A stretch of 64,000 bases of DNA, from the NCBI GenBank assembly GCA_964016885.1, contig OZ024756.1, positions 5,456,001-5,520,000 of the forward strand, read 5' to 3'. Shown in pieces: positions 26,771-40,417 of the stretch. Positions within the stretch are counted from its first letter, which is position 1. Every line of letters begins with the position of its first letter. Source of the DNA: Eledone cirrhosa (Eukaryota). The notes below the pieces were generated by a model that ran no database searches, was not told the origin of the DNA, and saw only the letters and a program-made list of their open reading frames with translations. Made by a program: the position numbers and the translations under genes.

Positions 26771-27362
26771 ATGGTGGCTGCCAACTCGTTTTCGAGTACG
26801 GCCACTACTTTATATCCATGTAGGAGAACCCTTACCGATGCGCTGAACGAGTGTGACTTTTTAGTCCAGCCAGCGACTTGAAATCTCTGGTACAAACACT
26901 ACACTTGTGACAATTATTGACAGATAGTGCTGGGTCCATGGTACCATGTGACGACAAGTACAGAGAGATCTCCAGATATAAAGCAATGCCTGTGCCGTGA
27001 AGCTTTTATAGTGAGCAAAGGCACTGCACAAAGCCAGTCCCACTCTCTTAACCAAGATGATATTTACCAAAAAGAAGAACAAGTCAACATCATTGGATAC
27101 CATCAGGGTTGCAGGTGTTATACCCTAGTTTTCCTTCTCCTAGAATTCTGTCTGGACGAAGGTTAAGGGGTCATCTCTCCCGGTGATTTTGGATGGCCAT
27201 TGACTCTTAAGAGCTCATGTGCCCTTTGAAAGGTTTTGTTTTTCGTCCTGCAGGATGTCCAAAGTCACCAAGAAACCTTGGTGGGGTTGCCAGTTTAGTC
27301 GCCAACGACCCAACCATGAGACAGGTTGTACTGGGATACATGTTACCAGTAGAACCAGCTGG
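26771..27362 (-). mobile_element. ~590-bp interspersed repeat, left arm of a large inverted pair (possible RTE-type LINE 5' region)
   Basis: Reverse complement of 27698-28287. Related fragments at 60850 and 61680. The sense-strand CTAGGAGAAGGAAAACT motif resembles RTE 5' UTRs (from recall, unverified). Confidence 0.7.
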
Positions 27363-27372
27363 TATTATGTCA

Positions 27373-27407
<35 letters not shown>

Positions 27408-27560
27408 AACACACAAACAAACAAACACAAACAAACAAACACACACAAACAAACAACCGATTACTTTTATATAAATTTCTACTAGAAGTTTGTATTAGTG
27501 GTGTAGATGATTGAGTTTATCTATAGTACTTTTAGACGTGGGTCTATATATATATATTGA

Positions 27561-27655
<95 letters not shown>

Positions 27656-27697
27656 TATATATATATATATATATGAAGGTATATATATGTCAGGTCG

Positions 27698-28287
27698 CCA
27701 GCTGGTGCTACTGGTAACATGTATCCCAGTACATCCTGTCTCATGGTCAGCTCATTGGCGACTGAACTGTCAACCCCACCAAGGTTTCTTGGTGAGGAGG
27801 GTGACTTTGGACATCCTGCAGGACTAAAAACAAAACCTGTCAAAGGGCAAAGGAGCTCTTAAGAGTCAATGACCACCGGGAGAGATGACCCCTTAGCCTT
27901 TGTCAAGGCAGAATTCTAGGAGAAGGAAAACTATGATATAACACCTGCAAACCTGATGGTATCCAATGATGTTGACTTGTTCTTTTTTTGGTAAATATCA
28001 TCTTGTTTAAGAGAGTGGGACTGGCTTTGTGCAGTGCCTTTGTTCACTATAAAAGCTTCACGACACAGGCATTGCTTTATATCTGGAGACCTCTCTGCAC
28101 TTGTCGTCACATGGTACCATGGGCCCAGCACTATGTGTCAATAATTGTCACAAGTGTAGTGTTTGTACCAGTGTTTTGAAGTCGTTGGCTGGACTAAAAA
28201 GTCACACTCGTTCAGCGCATCGGTAAGGGTTCTCCTACATGGATATGAAGTAGTGGCCGTACTCGAAAACGAGTTGGCAGCCACCAT
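27698..28287 (+). mobile_element. Right arm of the large inverted pair
   Basis: Ends GAGTTGGCAGCCACCAT, the reverse complement of the start at 26771. Confidence 0.7.
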
Positions 28288-28397
28288 ATGTATATATTGA
28301 GTGTATCTATAGTATTTTAGACGTGGGTGTGTATATATATATGTATATATATATATATATTTATATATAAATATTGAGTGTAACAATGGTAGTTTTA

Positions 28398-28456
<59 letters not shown>

Positions 28457-28603
28457 CACACGTAGAGACGTTTACAGACACTGACAGGGAGATCCTACAC
28501 ACATGTACCTATATACGCAGAATTATTTTAATAAATATACATATATATATATACATATATATATATATTCAATTCAGTTGCAAGATAAATCCATATATAT
28601 GCG

Positions 28604-28675
<72 letters not shown>

Positions 28676-29299
28676 TATATATATATATATATGCGTATAT
28701 ATATATATATATATATGCGTATATACGTTAATACAAATTTACATGCGTATACACACTCGTAGTAAAATGGTGTCCGTTTTCAAATGCCAAGAATACGTTA
28801 CAAATAAGAGAGAGAGAGAGAAAAAGAAACATACAAACTAGCAACAACAACAAAAGACAAAAATAAGTAAGCTGATATATAAACAATTATCAATATGATA
28901 TAGGAAAAAAAAACATCAAAAATAAACAATAAAACAAAAACCTGGCAAGAAAATAATATATAGTTTGATTGAATAATAGGAAGAAAGTGATAAAAATCTG
29001 ACTAGAAGGAAGGAAGATAGGAGGGTGGAGGTATAAAGCCTATCGGAAGCTAGGCTGGGGAAGATTGCAGAATATTGATAAAAGATTCAACTGAACGATA
29101 TAGTGTTGGAATTGAATGGACCAAAATGGCGGTAAGATCAAAGGATGGGAGACATACAGACAGATATAGAATGAAACTAACTAAAAAAACATACAAAGAA
29201 ACCAACAAACAAACATACGAGAAAATATATATCTAAAAACTCTCATATACACACTGATGCACATTCACATATACAGGTATATAATTATACTTATATATA

Positions 29300-29362
29300 T
29301 GCATATATACGTAGATATGTATGTATATTATATATATATATATATATATGTATGGATACAAT

Positions 29363-29427
<65 letters not shown>

Positions 29428-29449
29428 TTATATGCACGGATACAATTAT

Positions 29450-29487
<38 letters not shown>

Positions 29488-29510
29488 GTACGTACATATG
29501 TATGGATATA

Positions 29511-29557
<47 letters not shown>

Positions 29558-29603
29558 ACACACACACACATATATATACGTACATATGTATGGATATAAT
29601 TAT

Positions 29604-29697
<94 letters not shown>

Positions 29698-29713
29698 TTA
29701 TATGTATGGATAC

Positions 29714-29757
<44 letters not shown>

Positions 29758-30196
29758 TTATATGTATGGATACAATTATATATATATATATATATATATG
29801 GATACAATTATACATATATATACGTACATATGTATGGATTTTATGTACGTACATATATGTACATATACGTATAAATATTAACTTATGCATACACACACAT
29901 ACATATTTATATATATAAATACATACTTATGTATGCACAAAGATATACGTACATACTTATACAAACATATACATGCGCGCAGAGACACACACTCATACAC
30001 CCACACACACACATACATACATACATCCACACGCACATACACATATATACATATACACATATATATATACATACATACACACACATATACATATATATAT
30101 ATATATACATACATACACACACATATACACACATATATATATACATACATACACACACATATATATATATATACATACACACATATATATATATAT

Positions 30197-30243
<47 letters not shown>

Positions 30244-30368
30244 CACACACATACATACACACACATATACATGTATATATACATATACACATATATATAT
30301 ACATACATACACATACACATACACACATATATATACATACATACACACACATACGCACACACGCACAC

Positions 30369-30399
<31 letters not shown>

Positions 30400-30400
30400 T
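29300..30400. repeat. Compound (TA)/(CA)/(TACA) microsatellite with a recurring ATGGATACAATTA unit
   Basis: Direct inspection. Confidence 0.9.
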
Positions 30401-30490
30401 ACGGAGGAGAACAGACAAAAGTAATTTATTGGTTAGAATAAAAGTGAACAGTAGATCGAATAATGTAAATAAAAATGTCAAACGCTTTGC

Positions 30491-30738
30491 ATTGGCTGGA
30501 GAGAATTGTGTGTGTATATATGACTGTATGTATGTATGTATGTATGTATGTATGTATGTATGTATGTATGTATGTATGTATGTATGTATGACTGTACGTG
30601 AGTGTGTATTGGTTAGAGAGAATTGTGTGTGTATATATGACTGTATGTATGTATATATATATATATATGTATGTATGACTGTACGTGAGTGTGTATTGGC
30701 TAGAGAGAATTGTGTGTGTATATATGACTGTATGTATG

Positions 30739-30803
<65 letters not shown>

Positions 30804-31235
30804 ATGACTGTACGTGAGTGTGTATTGGTTAGAGAGAATTGTGTGTGTATATATGACTGTATGTATGTATGTATGTATGTATGTATGTATGTATATATGT
30901 ATGTATGTATGTATGTATATATATATATATATATGTATGTATATATCTATATATGTATGTATGACTGTACGTGAGTGTGTATTGGCTAGAGAGAATTGTG
31001 TGTGTATATATGACTGTATGTATGTATGTATGTATGTATGTATGTATATATATATATATATATGTATGTATATATCTATATATGTATGTATGACTGTACG
31101 TGAGTGTGTATTGGCTAGAGAGAATTGTGTGTGTATATATGACTGTATGTATGTATGTATGTATGTATGTATGTATGTATGTATGTATGTATGTATGTAT
31201 GTATGTATATATATATGTATGTATGACTGTACGTC
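30491..31235. repeat. Tandem repeat: constant ~55-bp block alternating with variable (TATG)n/(TA)n
   Basis: TGACTGTACGTGAGTGTGTATTGG(C/T)TAGAGAGAATTGTGTGTGTATATATGACTG repeated about 6 times. Confidence 0.95.
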
Positions 31236-31394
31236 AGTGTGTATGAGTATGTGTCTGTATCAATGTGTGTGCCTGTGAGTGTGTATACATGTGAATATAA
31301 ATGTGTATGTGTTTGTGTGTATATATATGTGTATGAATGTGTGAATGCTGGATTGAGTAAATGTTTCGATGTTCTTAATGGTGACAGACTAGTT

Positions 31395-32045
31395 TTTGTT
31401 GTCGTTGTTGGTGTCGTTGGTGTTGGTGGTGTTGTTGTTAGTGATGGTGTTGGTGATGGTGTTGGTGTTGGTGATGGTGTTGGTGTCGGTAGTCTTGTTG
31501 TTGGTGATGGTGTTGGTGTCGGTAGTCTTGTTGTTGGTGATGGTGTTGGTGTTGGTGATGGTGTTGGTGTCGGTAGTCTTGTTGTTGGTGATGGTGTTGG
31601 TGTTGGTGATGGTGTTGGTGTTGGTGATGGTGTTGGTGTTGGTGGTCTTGTTGTTGGTGATGGTGTTGGTGTCGGTAGTCTTGTTGTTGGTGATGGTGTT
31701 GGTGTCGGTAGTCTTGTTGTTGGTGATGGTGTTGGTGTTGGTAGTGTTGTTGTTGGTGATGGTGTTGGTGTTGGTAGAGGTGGCGGTGGTAGCTGTGTTG
31801 ATGTTGCTGTGTTGATGTTGCTGCTGCTGGTGATTTTGTTATTGGTATTAGTGGTGGTAGTGGTAGTGGTAGTAGTGTTGTAGGCGGTGGTGATGTTCGT
31901 GATGGTGTTGTTAGTGTTGTGTTTGGCGTTGGTGTTGGGCTGGTGGTGGTGTTGGTGGTGTTGGTGTTGGTGGTGTTGGTGTTGATGGTGTTGGGCTGGT
32001 GGTGTTGGAACAGTTGGTGTTGATGTGGTGGTGTTGTTGGTGGTA
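31395..32045. repeat. GGT/GTT/GAT trinucleotide-based low-complexity repeat
   Basis: GGTGATGGTGTT and GGTAGTCTTGTTGTT units. Confidence 0.9.
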
Positions 32046-32130
32046 TTATGACATCAAGTACTCCACGGTTGATCTGTCCTATACCACTCACATTCTCGAC
32101 TCAACGATGAAACTCGACCTACAGAGTCAA

Positions 32131-32613
32131 CGTCTCAGTTAAGCCACCTTTCCACCGTCAAAGTATAGCCACCATTCCACCGTCACAGTTAAGCCACGTT
32201 TCCACCGTCACAGTTAAGCCACCTTTCCACTGTCTCAGTTAAGCCACCTTTCCACCGTCTCAGTTAAGCCACCTTTCCACCGTCTCAGTTAAGCTACCCT
32301 TCCACCGTCTCAGTTGAGCCACCTTTCCACCGTCTCAGTTAAGCCACCTTTCCACCGTCTCCGTTAAGCTACCCTTCCACAGTCTCAGTTGAGCCACCTT
32401 TCCACCGTCTCCGTTAAGCTACCCTTCCACCGTCTCAGTTAAGCCACCTTTCCACCGTCTCAGTTAAGCCATCTTTCCACCGTCACAGTTAAGCCACCTT
32501 TCCACCGTCTCAGTTAAGCCACCTTTCCACCGTCTCAGTTAAGCTACCCTTCCACCGTCTCAGTTGAGCCACCTTTCCACCGTCTCAGTTGAGCCATCTT
32601 TCCACCGTCTCAG
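32131..32613. repeat. 25-bp minisatellite TCCACCGTCTCAGTTAAGCCACCTT, ~19 copies
   Basis: Direct inspection. Confidence 0.95.
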
Positions 32614-33058
32614 GATCAGACATATGTAGCTCAGTGTGTCAGACGAGGCATGTTTCATTCCGACATCAACATCGATTTAATCACAAACCACCGCCAGTTA
32701 CGAAGAGGAGCATAGGGTAAACAAATGCCGGAATTTAGGCAACCATTTTCCTTTCATGCCTGTTGCCGTCGAAATATCCAGTGTACTCTTGTCCCAGAGC
32801 TGATGTGTGTGTGTGTGTGTACACACGCACACAAACGCATACACAGACAAACACATACATACACAAACACATACATACACACATACATACACACACACAC
32901 ACACACACATACACACATACACACACACATACACACACATACATACACACACACACACACATACGCACATACACATACACACATATATACACATACATAC
33001 ACATACACACATACGTACACATACACACACACTATATATATATATATACTGTATATAT

Positions 33059-33299
33059 GAAGGCGCGTGGCTGAGTGGTAAAATAATTGGATTCACAATC
33101 GTGTGATAGTGAGTTCGATTCCTGGACCAGGCGATGCGTTATGTCCTTGAGCAAGACACTTTATTTCACGTTGCTCCTTCTACCTGGAGTTGCGACCGAT
33201 AAAAAGTATTAACAATTGGAAAGACCAACGGAAACATTGTTTCCTCGGTCCGATTCGACGACAGTCGATCGATCCTCTATTATCCCGGGAAGTTTACCC

Positions 33300-33303
<4 letters not shown>
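33059..33303 (+). mobile_element. Second tRNA-derived SINE family
   Basis: A box TGGCTGAGTGG, B box GAGTTCGATTCC, then GTCCTTGAGCAAGACACTT (CORE/V-like domain). Ends in (TA)n. Confidence 0.75.
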
Positions 33304-33340
<37 letters not shown>

Positions 33341-33386
33341 GTAATACTAATTATGAAGACCAAAATCCGAAGAGGGCACGATAAGG

Positions 33387-33421
<35 letters not shown>

Positions 33422-33494
33422 GAATAATCGAGTATCGAAAAATCAGCTCACGAATTCACGATATATATATATATACATCCGGTAGACCAAATAC

Positions 33495-33620
33495 TTATTA
33501 TTAGTTCAGATTAAAGTTTATGCAAAGAATCGCTGATTTCACCCTTTTACAGTTTCAGAAGATCTCATAAAAGAGTGAAAGCAGCGATTCTTTGCTTAAA
33601 CTTTAATCTGTACAAATAAG
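33495..33620. repeat. Foldback hairpin in a TA tract
   Basis: CAGATTAAAGTTTATGCAAAGAATCGCTG pairs with CAGCGATTCTTTGCTTAAACTTTAATCTG. Confidence 0.8.
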
Positions 33621-34644
33621 ATAAATATATATATATATATGTATGTATATATGTGTGTGTGTGTGTGAGTGTCCTTAGAGTGTAATGGCAATCAAATACA
33701 TAAGTAATAAGAAGCGGAAGAAACATGGAGTAAAAAAAATTAGAAAAAAAGTTAATAAGACGAAATAAGACGAATATGGACAGTGGAAGTTATTTTACGT
33801 TTAAGATTTCTATCATTCGTTTCCCGTGAAACTATTTAACCTCTTTGGTTTGGCGTGAAATACTCTGGTTCACTTAACCATTGAAGCATCGTATTAGCCT
33901 GTAGAATTACTGATGAAAAGGATTAGGTTGAATCATGTGTAATCGGGCGTAAATCGATTTCAAGAAATCTGTTTCGAATTGGGGCAACCAGCTGGAAAAA
34001 TGTTTTCCTAATCTTGACATTGTAGGTTTATTTGTTTATTCAGTAACTTTAAATCCTTTTCCGCTTGTTTCTTACCATTTTATTCACAGAACATACATTT
34101 ATTTAGTCTGATCTGATGGGTGGCATTTTTGCTTTTTAACTTATAACCCCATTTTAACCCCATTCGTTCAAATATATTCGTGGTTTGGACAAATCTCCGG
34201 CAATGTTAGCTCAATTTCTTATTGGATAGATTAGAATTATCCATCATTTTGTTATTCAAGCGATAGATAAATCTCTTAAGTCGTTTCTTTAGTAGTATGA
34301 TTAGAGTAACTCGACGAAGCTTGTGACAAACAACTGCTTTAAAAGTGCGAGTAATGATATCATGGAGTTATAGTTTATTAAGTCTGTACGGGTAACTGTA
34401 ACTGAGAGAGAAGAATGAGATAAATGGAGATATAGCGGGATAAAATATGTGAGATATAATTATTTGTGTGAGCGGTTGAGAAAGTAAGATAATTCGTGTG
34501 AGTTTCTATATATTTCGAGAGATTACTTTTGTGTTTGTAATATCTGTCAGAAAGAGAAAAAAGGTGTGCATGTATATATCTATTTTGTGTGCATGTCTGT
34601 ATGTGCGTACATTTGTAAATATGTACATATATGTGACATACACA

Positions 34645-34698
<54 letters not shown>

Positions 34699-35623
34699 TG
34701 GATGAGGGGATGTGTGAGTTTCTATTAGGGTGGTCAGTCGAGTTGGAAATGCGAGAGAAGTAGGAAAGCATTGTTATATTGACAGGAAAATAAGTAAAAT
34801 AGTTATATATGAAGAAAATATTTGTATGGAAGTGTAATAAAGCGAGATAGAGATGGAGTCTAAAGTGCAGATATGACAAAATGTAAGTTTGCAAAGAGCA
34901 ATACATTTTTTCATCCGCCATTTTTCTTTTAATGTTCTGTAGGTTTTGTTAGATAATCCAGACATTTCCATGTTAAGGATGTATTCTGTATAAAAATATG
35001 TCGACATTCGAAGAGATATAACATAATTGAATTGAAATAAGGTTATAAAATGAGGAAATATAATTTGACTCGCTGGAGTAAGATGCCGCTTCGTTTCACA
35101 TTTTGACGATAAGCATTACAAGCGGTCCAGAGGAACACTGCGAACAAACGCCATGAGTACTTTAGTGAAGGTCACTCTGTTTCAAGTGAGGTTTTCTATT
35201 TTTATTATATTTCAATCAGGAATGTAACGTTAGGGTCCATGATAAAGAACGTTAGGGTTCAGGATAACGAATTCATATCAAGATAATGAAGTATCCCTGG
35301 ATAAGTAATTAATTTCAGATCTGAGACCTTGTTCGAGTGGTTAAAACAGGCTGCACGCAAAAGAATCGATTCCTAGGTACCACACACTAATGGTGCTGAT
35401 ATATGGAGATATATTGCATCTTCTTTGTTACAGATTGCCAGTAGCTAGAAACGAAAAACGTAGTTTTCTTTAGTAGAGTGTTCTATTGGTGTTAGGAAAA
35501 GCCCTGGCCTGAGAACATAAAAAACATAAACCTTTCTAACTATTCTTCTTCCCCTGTGCTAATTATCCTGGACTTCACCTTAGCCTAGGAATCATTCATT
35601 ATCTACCTCCAGCACATACCACG

Positions 35624-35664
35624 TACCACCGTCTTTTCTAGTATATACGCTCATCAGGGTAGTA
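35624..35664 (-). ncRNA. Degenerate hammerhead-like motif
   Basis: Minus strand reads TACTACC-CTGATGA-GCGTATATACTA-GAAA-AGAC-GGTGGTA. Stem I is 7 bp, but stem III and the cleavage site are not canonical. Confidence 0.4.
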
Positions 35665-35965
35665 TTTGACGAAGATATGGCTGGAATGCCTTGCTGACCG
35701 AACGCCCATGTAGAAACTTCGTTGCTTCGATCAAACATTACCTGGGGCTACATAGCAACAACACACTACCTTACAACCCCACATATATATTATCATGTAG
35801 TGGTCGATATGACGGATTTGATCAGTGTCATGTCATGTTCAGGGGTTTTTTTTTTTATTCTTAGTCTTTATTCTTAATTCTTAATTTTACTTTTTCTGTT
35901 TTTTACTTTTGAAAATATTCATTTTATTTCCAAACGTTTCTCCTTACACACGCACACACACACGC

Positions 35966-36004
<39 letters not shown>

Positions 36005-38162
36005 CACACCGACACACACAGGCACACGCACACGCGCGCGCGTATGTTTGTGGATATACATCCACCTCTCTCTCTCTCTCTTTTATATATATAAATGTTC
36101 AATATTCTAAAGCCTTTCATTTCTGAGATGTTCTTTCTTTTTCTCTTTCTTTCTTTTTCTTTCTTTTTCTCTTTCCTTTTCTTTTTCTTTCTTTTTATTT
36201 CTTTCTTTCTTCCTCCATGTACCCGAATCTACTTTCCTTCCCCTCTTTCCCCCTCTCTCTGTTTTGTCTTACCTTCTTTCCTCTTTTATTATTCACTTAG
36301 TTATTATTCTATCTCTCTTTTCATTCCATTTTGTCTCCTTCATGTATTTCTTCCAGACCTTCTTCTCTCTCGTCTCGTTACTCACCTTTCAGTTATTTCC
36401 CTCCTTACTGAACCCTCTTACAACGACAACGTCGACAACCACTTCTTCATTTACATCCCGCTATTTGCTAAGATCTTTGAGAATATTTAGATTTCTCTTA
36501 TGAACCCAATCGACCATTGAAATAAGCAATATCTGTTTCCTGTGGCATTTCACTAAGCCTAGAAGCGCCTCAGGCATTCACCGCATCATAAACCTCTCAG
36601 CAAACTAGATAGGAAGGCAGCAACAGTTATTAATAGCAGATATATTAAAGAGACAGGCTCAGATGAAATACAAGTCACCATCAATATGTGTCTCTATTGT
36701 ATTCTGTTTTTATTTTACAGTGAACACTTGTACTATTAGTGTGATATCACGAAGCTTTTAATAACCAGAACATTCTATAATTGCATTTTTATTTTGGCAG
36801 AGGTTGCTTGAGAGAAGACTTAACTCAAATTTCATTTGTATTCTTACGTTCTGCTGTCAAAGCTTATATATTTCTATAATAATTGTTTGCTTTACCCGCT
36901 ATTCCTTTTCCTACTTTCTACCATTACAATACATAAAAATTCAGAATAAAAATTGATTTTAAGAATTCTTTTTCTAAATAAAGGTTTGGAATTTCTTTTA
37001 ACAGAGTACATTCCGACGCCATTTGTCTATGTTTTGGTTATGTTGTGTTGTTTTCTTGTTAAACCTATTTCTTTCCCCTTCTACAATGTGTTTTTGCTAT
37101 TTTTCTTAAGTTTCCGAATCTGATTTATATTTTCTGACAAGTTGATATACAATTGTAAGAGACACAGCTTCAAAGCCATATAGCTAATAAAGATTTATTC
37201 AGAATTAAAATGTCCGATTCGAAAATAAATAATACGTGAACATTTTTTTTTTTTTTTTTTTTTTTCATCACTTGCTATACTTGAATTGAAGAGTTCCGAA
37301 ATAAGAAAATCAAAAAAATAATGGATCTAGAATTTTCCTACTGATTAGTCGGCACCAACTGTAATAACGATTTACTGACGGTAGGAACGGAAATGGTTTT
37401 AATTTAAGCTTCTTTGATAATTTAGAAGAAGAAAAAATAGTAATTTAATGAATTTGTATGAGAAACCGATATGAGCTTTGTATGGATTTTATTTGTGACC
37501 GAGGAGTTGGAATAGTTCATATAACCTCTTAAGGCCTCCGTTGATTAGAGAGTAGTAACAATATGATCAAGTATTATGTGTAATGTGAATTAAAGTACGC
37601 TGGTTGCTAACAAGTAACGTGCACGAGACCACGTTCTATTGAATTGTTGCTTTGGAGAAATTTAATTTGGTGAATTAGCAGCTATTTATAGTGTTTCTAG
37701 TTCATCAGAGGGTAATAGGGAGAGGAAGATAAATTAGTGCGAGTATCATGACAAGGGATTATGACAAGGAGAGCAAAGGGAGGGGGGCGGTTTGAGAAGA
37801 GATGTTGGGGCCAGTTATAAAAGAGATATATTGAAATTATTGTGGGTTAGAGTGTGCCTGTTGCTGAAGGTTTTTAACGAAGACAACATCTTTCATTAGT
37901 GCACAGTAGAATCTCTCTCTCTCGCTCTCTCCCCCTCGTTCTCTCCCTTTCTCTCTCTTTCTCTCTCTCTCTTTTTTTCTCTCTCTCTCTCTGTGAAAAG
38001 GGAGTAAGGTTCTATACAAAACAGGGGTTATAGAGAAAAGATGGAATTGGAAATAGCACGGAAAATATATTTAAGGATCTCTTTTTTCTTTTTTTCTTCT
38101 CTGATTCGTCAAAGTGAAATTATTGAAAAAATGAGAGGAACAATTCTTTCAAAAAAGGAATT

Positions 38163-38214
<52 letters not shown>

Positions 38215-38219
<5 letters not shown>

Positions 38220-38548
38220 AGAAATTAAAATATGGTTAAAAAGTTCCATATATTTTATTATGCGCATTTCAAAAACAAATATCATCCTGGGACATATGTT
38301 GACTAGACAATTTCTTGTTCACAAGTGCTTTTTTAGGCATCATATCATGTTACCTTATTTTATCTGATGAGAACGCAACTATCGTACCAGGATGATATTT
38401 GTTTTTGAAATGCGCATAATAAAATATATGGAACTTTTTTAACCATCTTTTAATTTCTTCTTATATGTACTCCAGTTTATTAGACTGTTGAGTGCTACTT
38501 ATCCGATATATGCATAGTTTTATTGTTCTACAATAAAACTCACCTCCT

Positions 38549-38552
<4 letters not shown>
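38215..38552 (+). mobile_element. Family E element with 5' inverted arm
   Basis: 38215-38290 is the reverse complement of ~38387-38465. Homologous to 41005-41432. Confidence 0.8.
38356..38426 (+). ncRNA. Type I hammerhead ribozyme, family E
   Basis: TATTTTAT-CTGATGA-stem II-GAA-ATGCGCAT-A^ATAAAATA. Confidence 0.85.
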
Positions 38553-38589
<37 letters not shown>

Positions 38590-38719
38590 TAACTGCTCTA
38601 CGGTTCTTATATATTTGATATATTTGATATCCTTATCGAGCCCTTTTTGGGTTTTAGTCTTCAAATTTATTATTATTACTATATATAAATATATATATAT
38701 ATATAGTTGTATGGTTACA

Positions 38720-39180
38720 AGAAAAATAGCGTCTTACGCGGTATGCCGGTCGAGCACTCGATGCTCGCGCAGAGCAGAGTATAATACTATAAGAGTAAAG
38801 GTCTTTCCTCGAGCTCATCGATAGTGAAACATATGTAATATGTTATTAAATATGTCATGATGCAACACCGAATCCTTGTTCCTTTACTCTTATAGTATGT
38901 ATACATATATATAAATCACGGAAAAAGGTAGAACCAGTGTTGCGACGAATGGAATTTATTGAACATATTACAATCGTTTCTCTGGCGACCAGCCCGAGGC
39001 ACGATCGATTTGATGATCGAACCTGACTCTGAAAATCGCAAGCTCCTCAGATACGTCTTGATTCTACGAAGCAGATTTTCCTATGATATCATACTTTGTT
39101 ATATCATACCCTGCTCTATGAGAGCATCAAGTGCTCATACGGCCTACCGCATACGGACACTTTAAGCATCCAACACCAAT
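38720..39180. mobile_element. Two adjacent family A-related foldback elements
   Basis: Half-hammerhead GAA-ACATATGT-A^ATATGT at 38826. Full copy at 38912-39180. Confidence 0.7.
38962..39057 (-). ncRNA. Type I hammerhead ribozyme, family A
   Basis: Minus strand reads GACGTAT-CTGAGGA-...GGTCGCCAGA-GAA-ACGATTGT-A^ATATGTT. The first stem II pair is mismatched. Confidence 0.8.
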
Positions 39181-39197
39181 TATATATATAGGAAAAT

Positions 39198-39261
39198 GTT
39201 TAACCCTAACGGCAGAGCTCAAGCCGTAGAAACGGCTTGAGCTCTGGCGTCGGGGTTAAAC
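39198..39261. repeat. Near-perfect 64-bp hairpin
   Basis: GTTTAACCCTAACGGCAGAGCTCAAGCCGT-AGAA-ACGGCTTGAGCTCTGGCGTCGGGGTTAAAC. Confidence 0.85.
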
Positions 39262-39456
39262 ATTTTCCTATTACCCACCCTACTACCCTAAGTATTGAGT
39301 ACTCTGGTGGGTTATGGTCCATTTGGTTCCTTACCACACTTCCTTGGTTATATATATATATATCGGCCTGCTCGCCCAGCCAGTGGGATGGTGTCATCGT
39401 ATGGCTAAAACAGCACGTGCTGTGACCAGTGGCACCCGACAGACTGGTCGGTCAAG

Positions 39457-39543
<87 letters not shown>

Positions 39544-39742
39544 TTCAACTTACAACATATGTAGAATGGTAGGTGTATTTTTAACTATTCACAGAAGAAA
39601 CTTACTTGCGATATATTACCTGAGTGGTAAACTTGTGTATCTCTGTGCCGCTTTACCAGTTTCTGTTAAGTTTAACAATTTCAAAGAAAAAAAAACAGTC
39701 ATATTCCGCTATGGCATAGGTAGAGAAAATTGAATAATCTAA

Positions 39743-39913
39743 TAATTGTTTCTACGTTTGGCACAAGGCCAGCAATTACCCTAGTTCATTACTGGTGCTT
39801 TATTTTATCGATCCCATAAGGATGAAAGGCAAAATTAACCTCGGCGGGATTTGAGAACATAAAGTCTACGCTGCAAAGCATGGAGTCTGACACTCTCTCG
39901 ATATGCGAATCCA
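39743..39913 (-). mobile_element. SINE (main family)
   Basis: Reverse-complement core GGATGAAAGGCAAAATTAACCTCGGCGGGATTTGA. Confidence 0.85.
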
Positions 39914-40044
39914 TCTGTTTTTTTAACTACGGAAAAATGATATATTCTGAAGACAAACAGCACAAATGCTGTAATATTTTGTATGTTATCCTAAGAAATC
40001 CGGCCGCAACATCGTTTGCGTAATATTGTTACATTCATTTACCT

Positions 40045-40417
40045 TCTGAATCCAAATCCCGCCAAGGGTAGCTTTGTATTTCGTACTTATGGTTGATAAA
40101 ATAAAGTTCCAGCGATGTACCGAGTTCGATTTAATGCACTTTACCATCCCCTTAAAATTCTTGGCCTTGTGCCTGAATCAGAAACCCTTATTTTAAAGGG
40201 CAATGGGTTGGCAGTATCGCTTGAGTGTCGGACAATATACTTTGTGGCATATAGTTCCGTCTATTTACATTTGAGTTCAAATCACGCCAATGCTATCTTT
40301 GCATTTTATCCTTACGGAGTCGATAACATAAAGTACCAGTAACGCATTGGGGTCGGTTTAATCGATTTTTCCCCTCCCAAAAGTCTTGGCCTCGTGCCTA
40401 AATCAGAAACCATTATT
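40045..40417 (+). mobile_element. Two tandem SINE copies
   Basis: Core and GGCCT(T/C)GTGCCT tail each occur twice. Confidence 0.8.

Noticed and set aside
31239-32091. VGDG-rich and His/Gln-rich ORFs
   Set aside because: Trinucleotide-based low-complexity repeat with no non-repetitive coding flank.
33905-33945. CTGATGA hammerhead candidate
   Set aside because: Followed by GAAT rather than GAAA, with no convincing stem II.
37685-37715. Minus-strand CTGATGA-ACTA-GAAAC
   Set aside because: No room for stem II and no stem I pairing.
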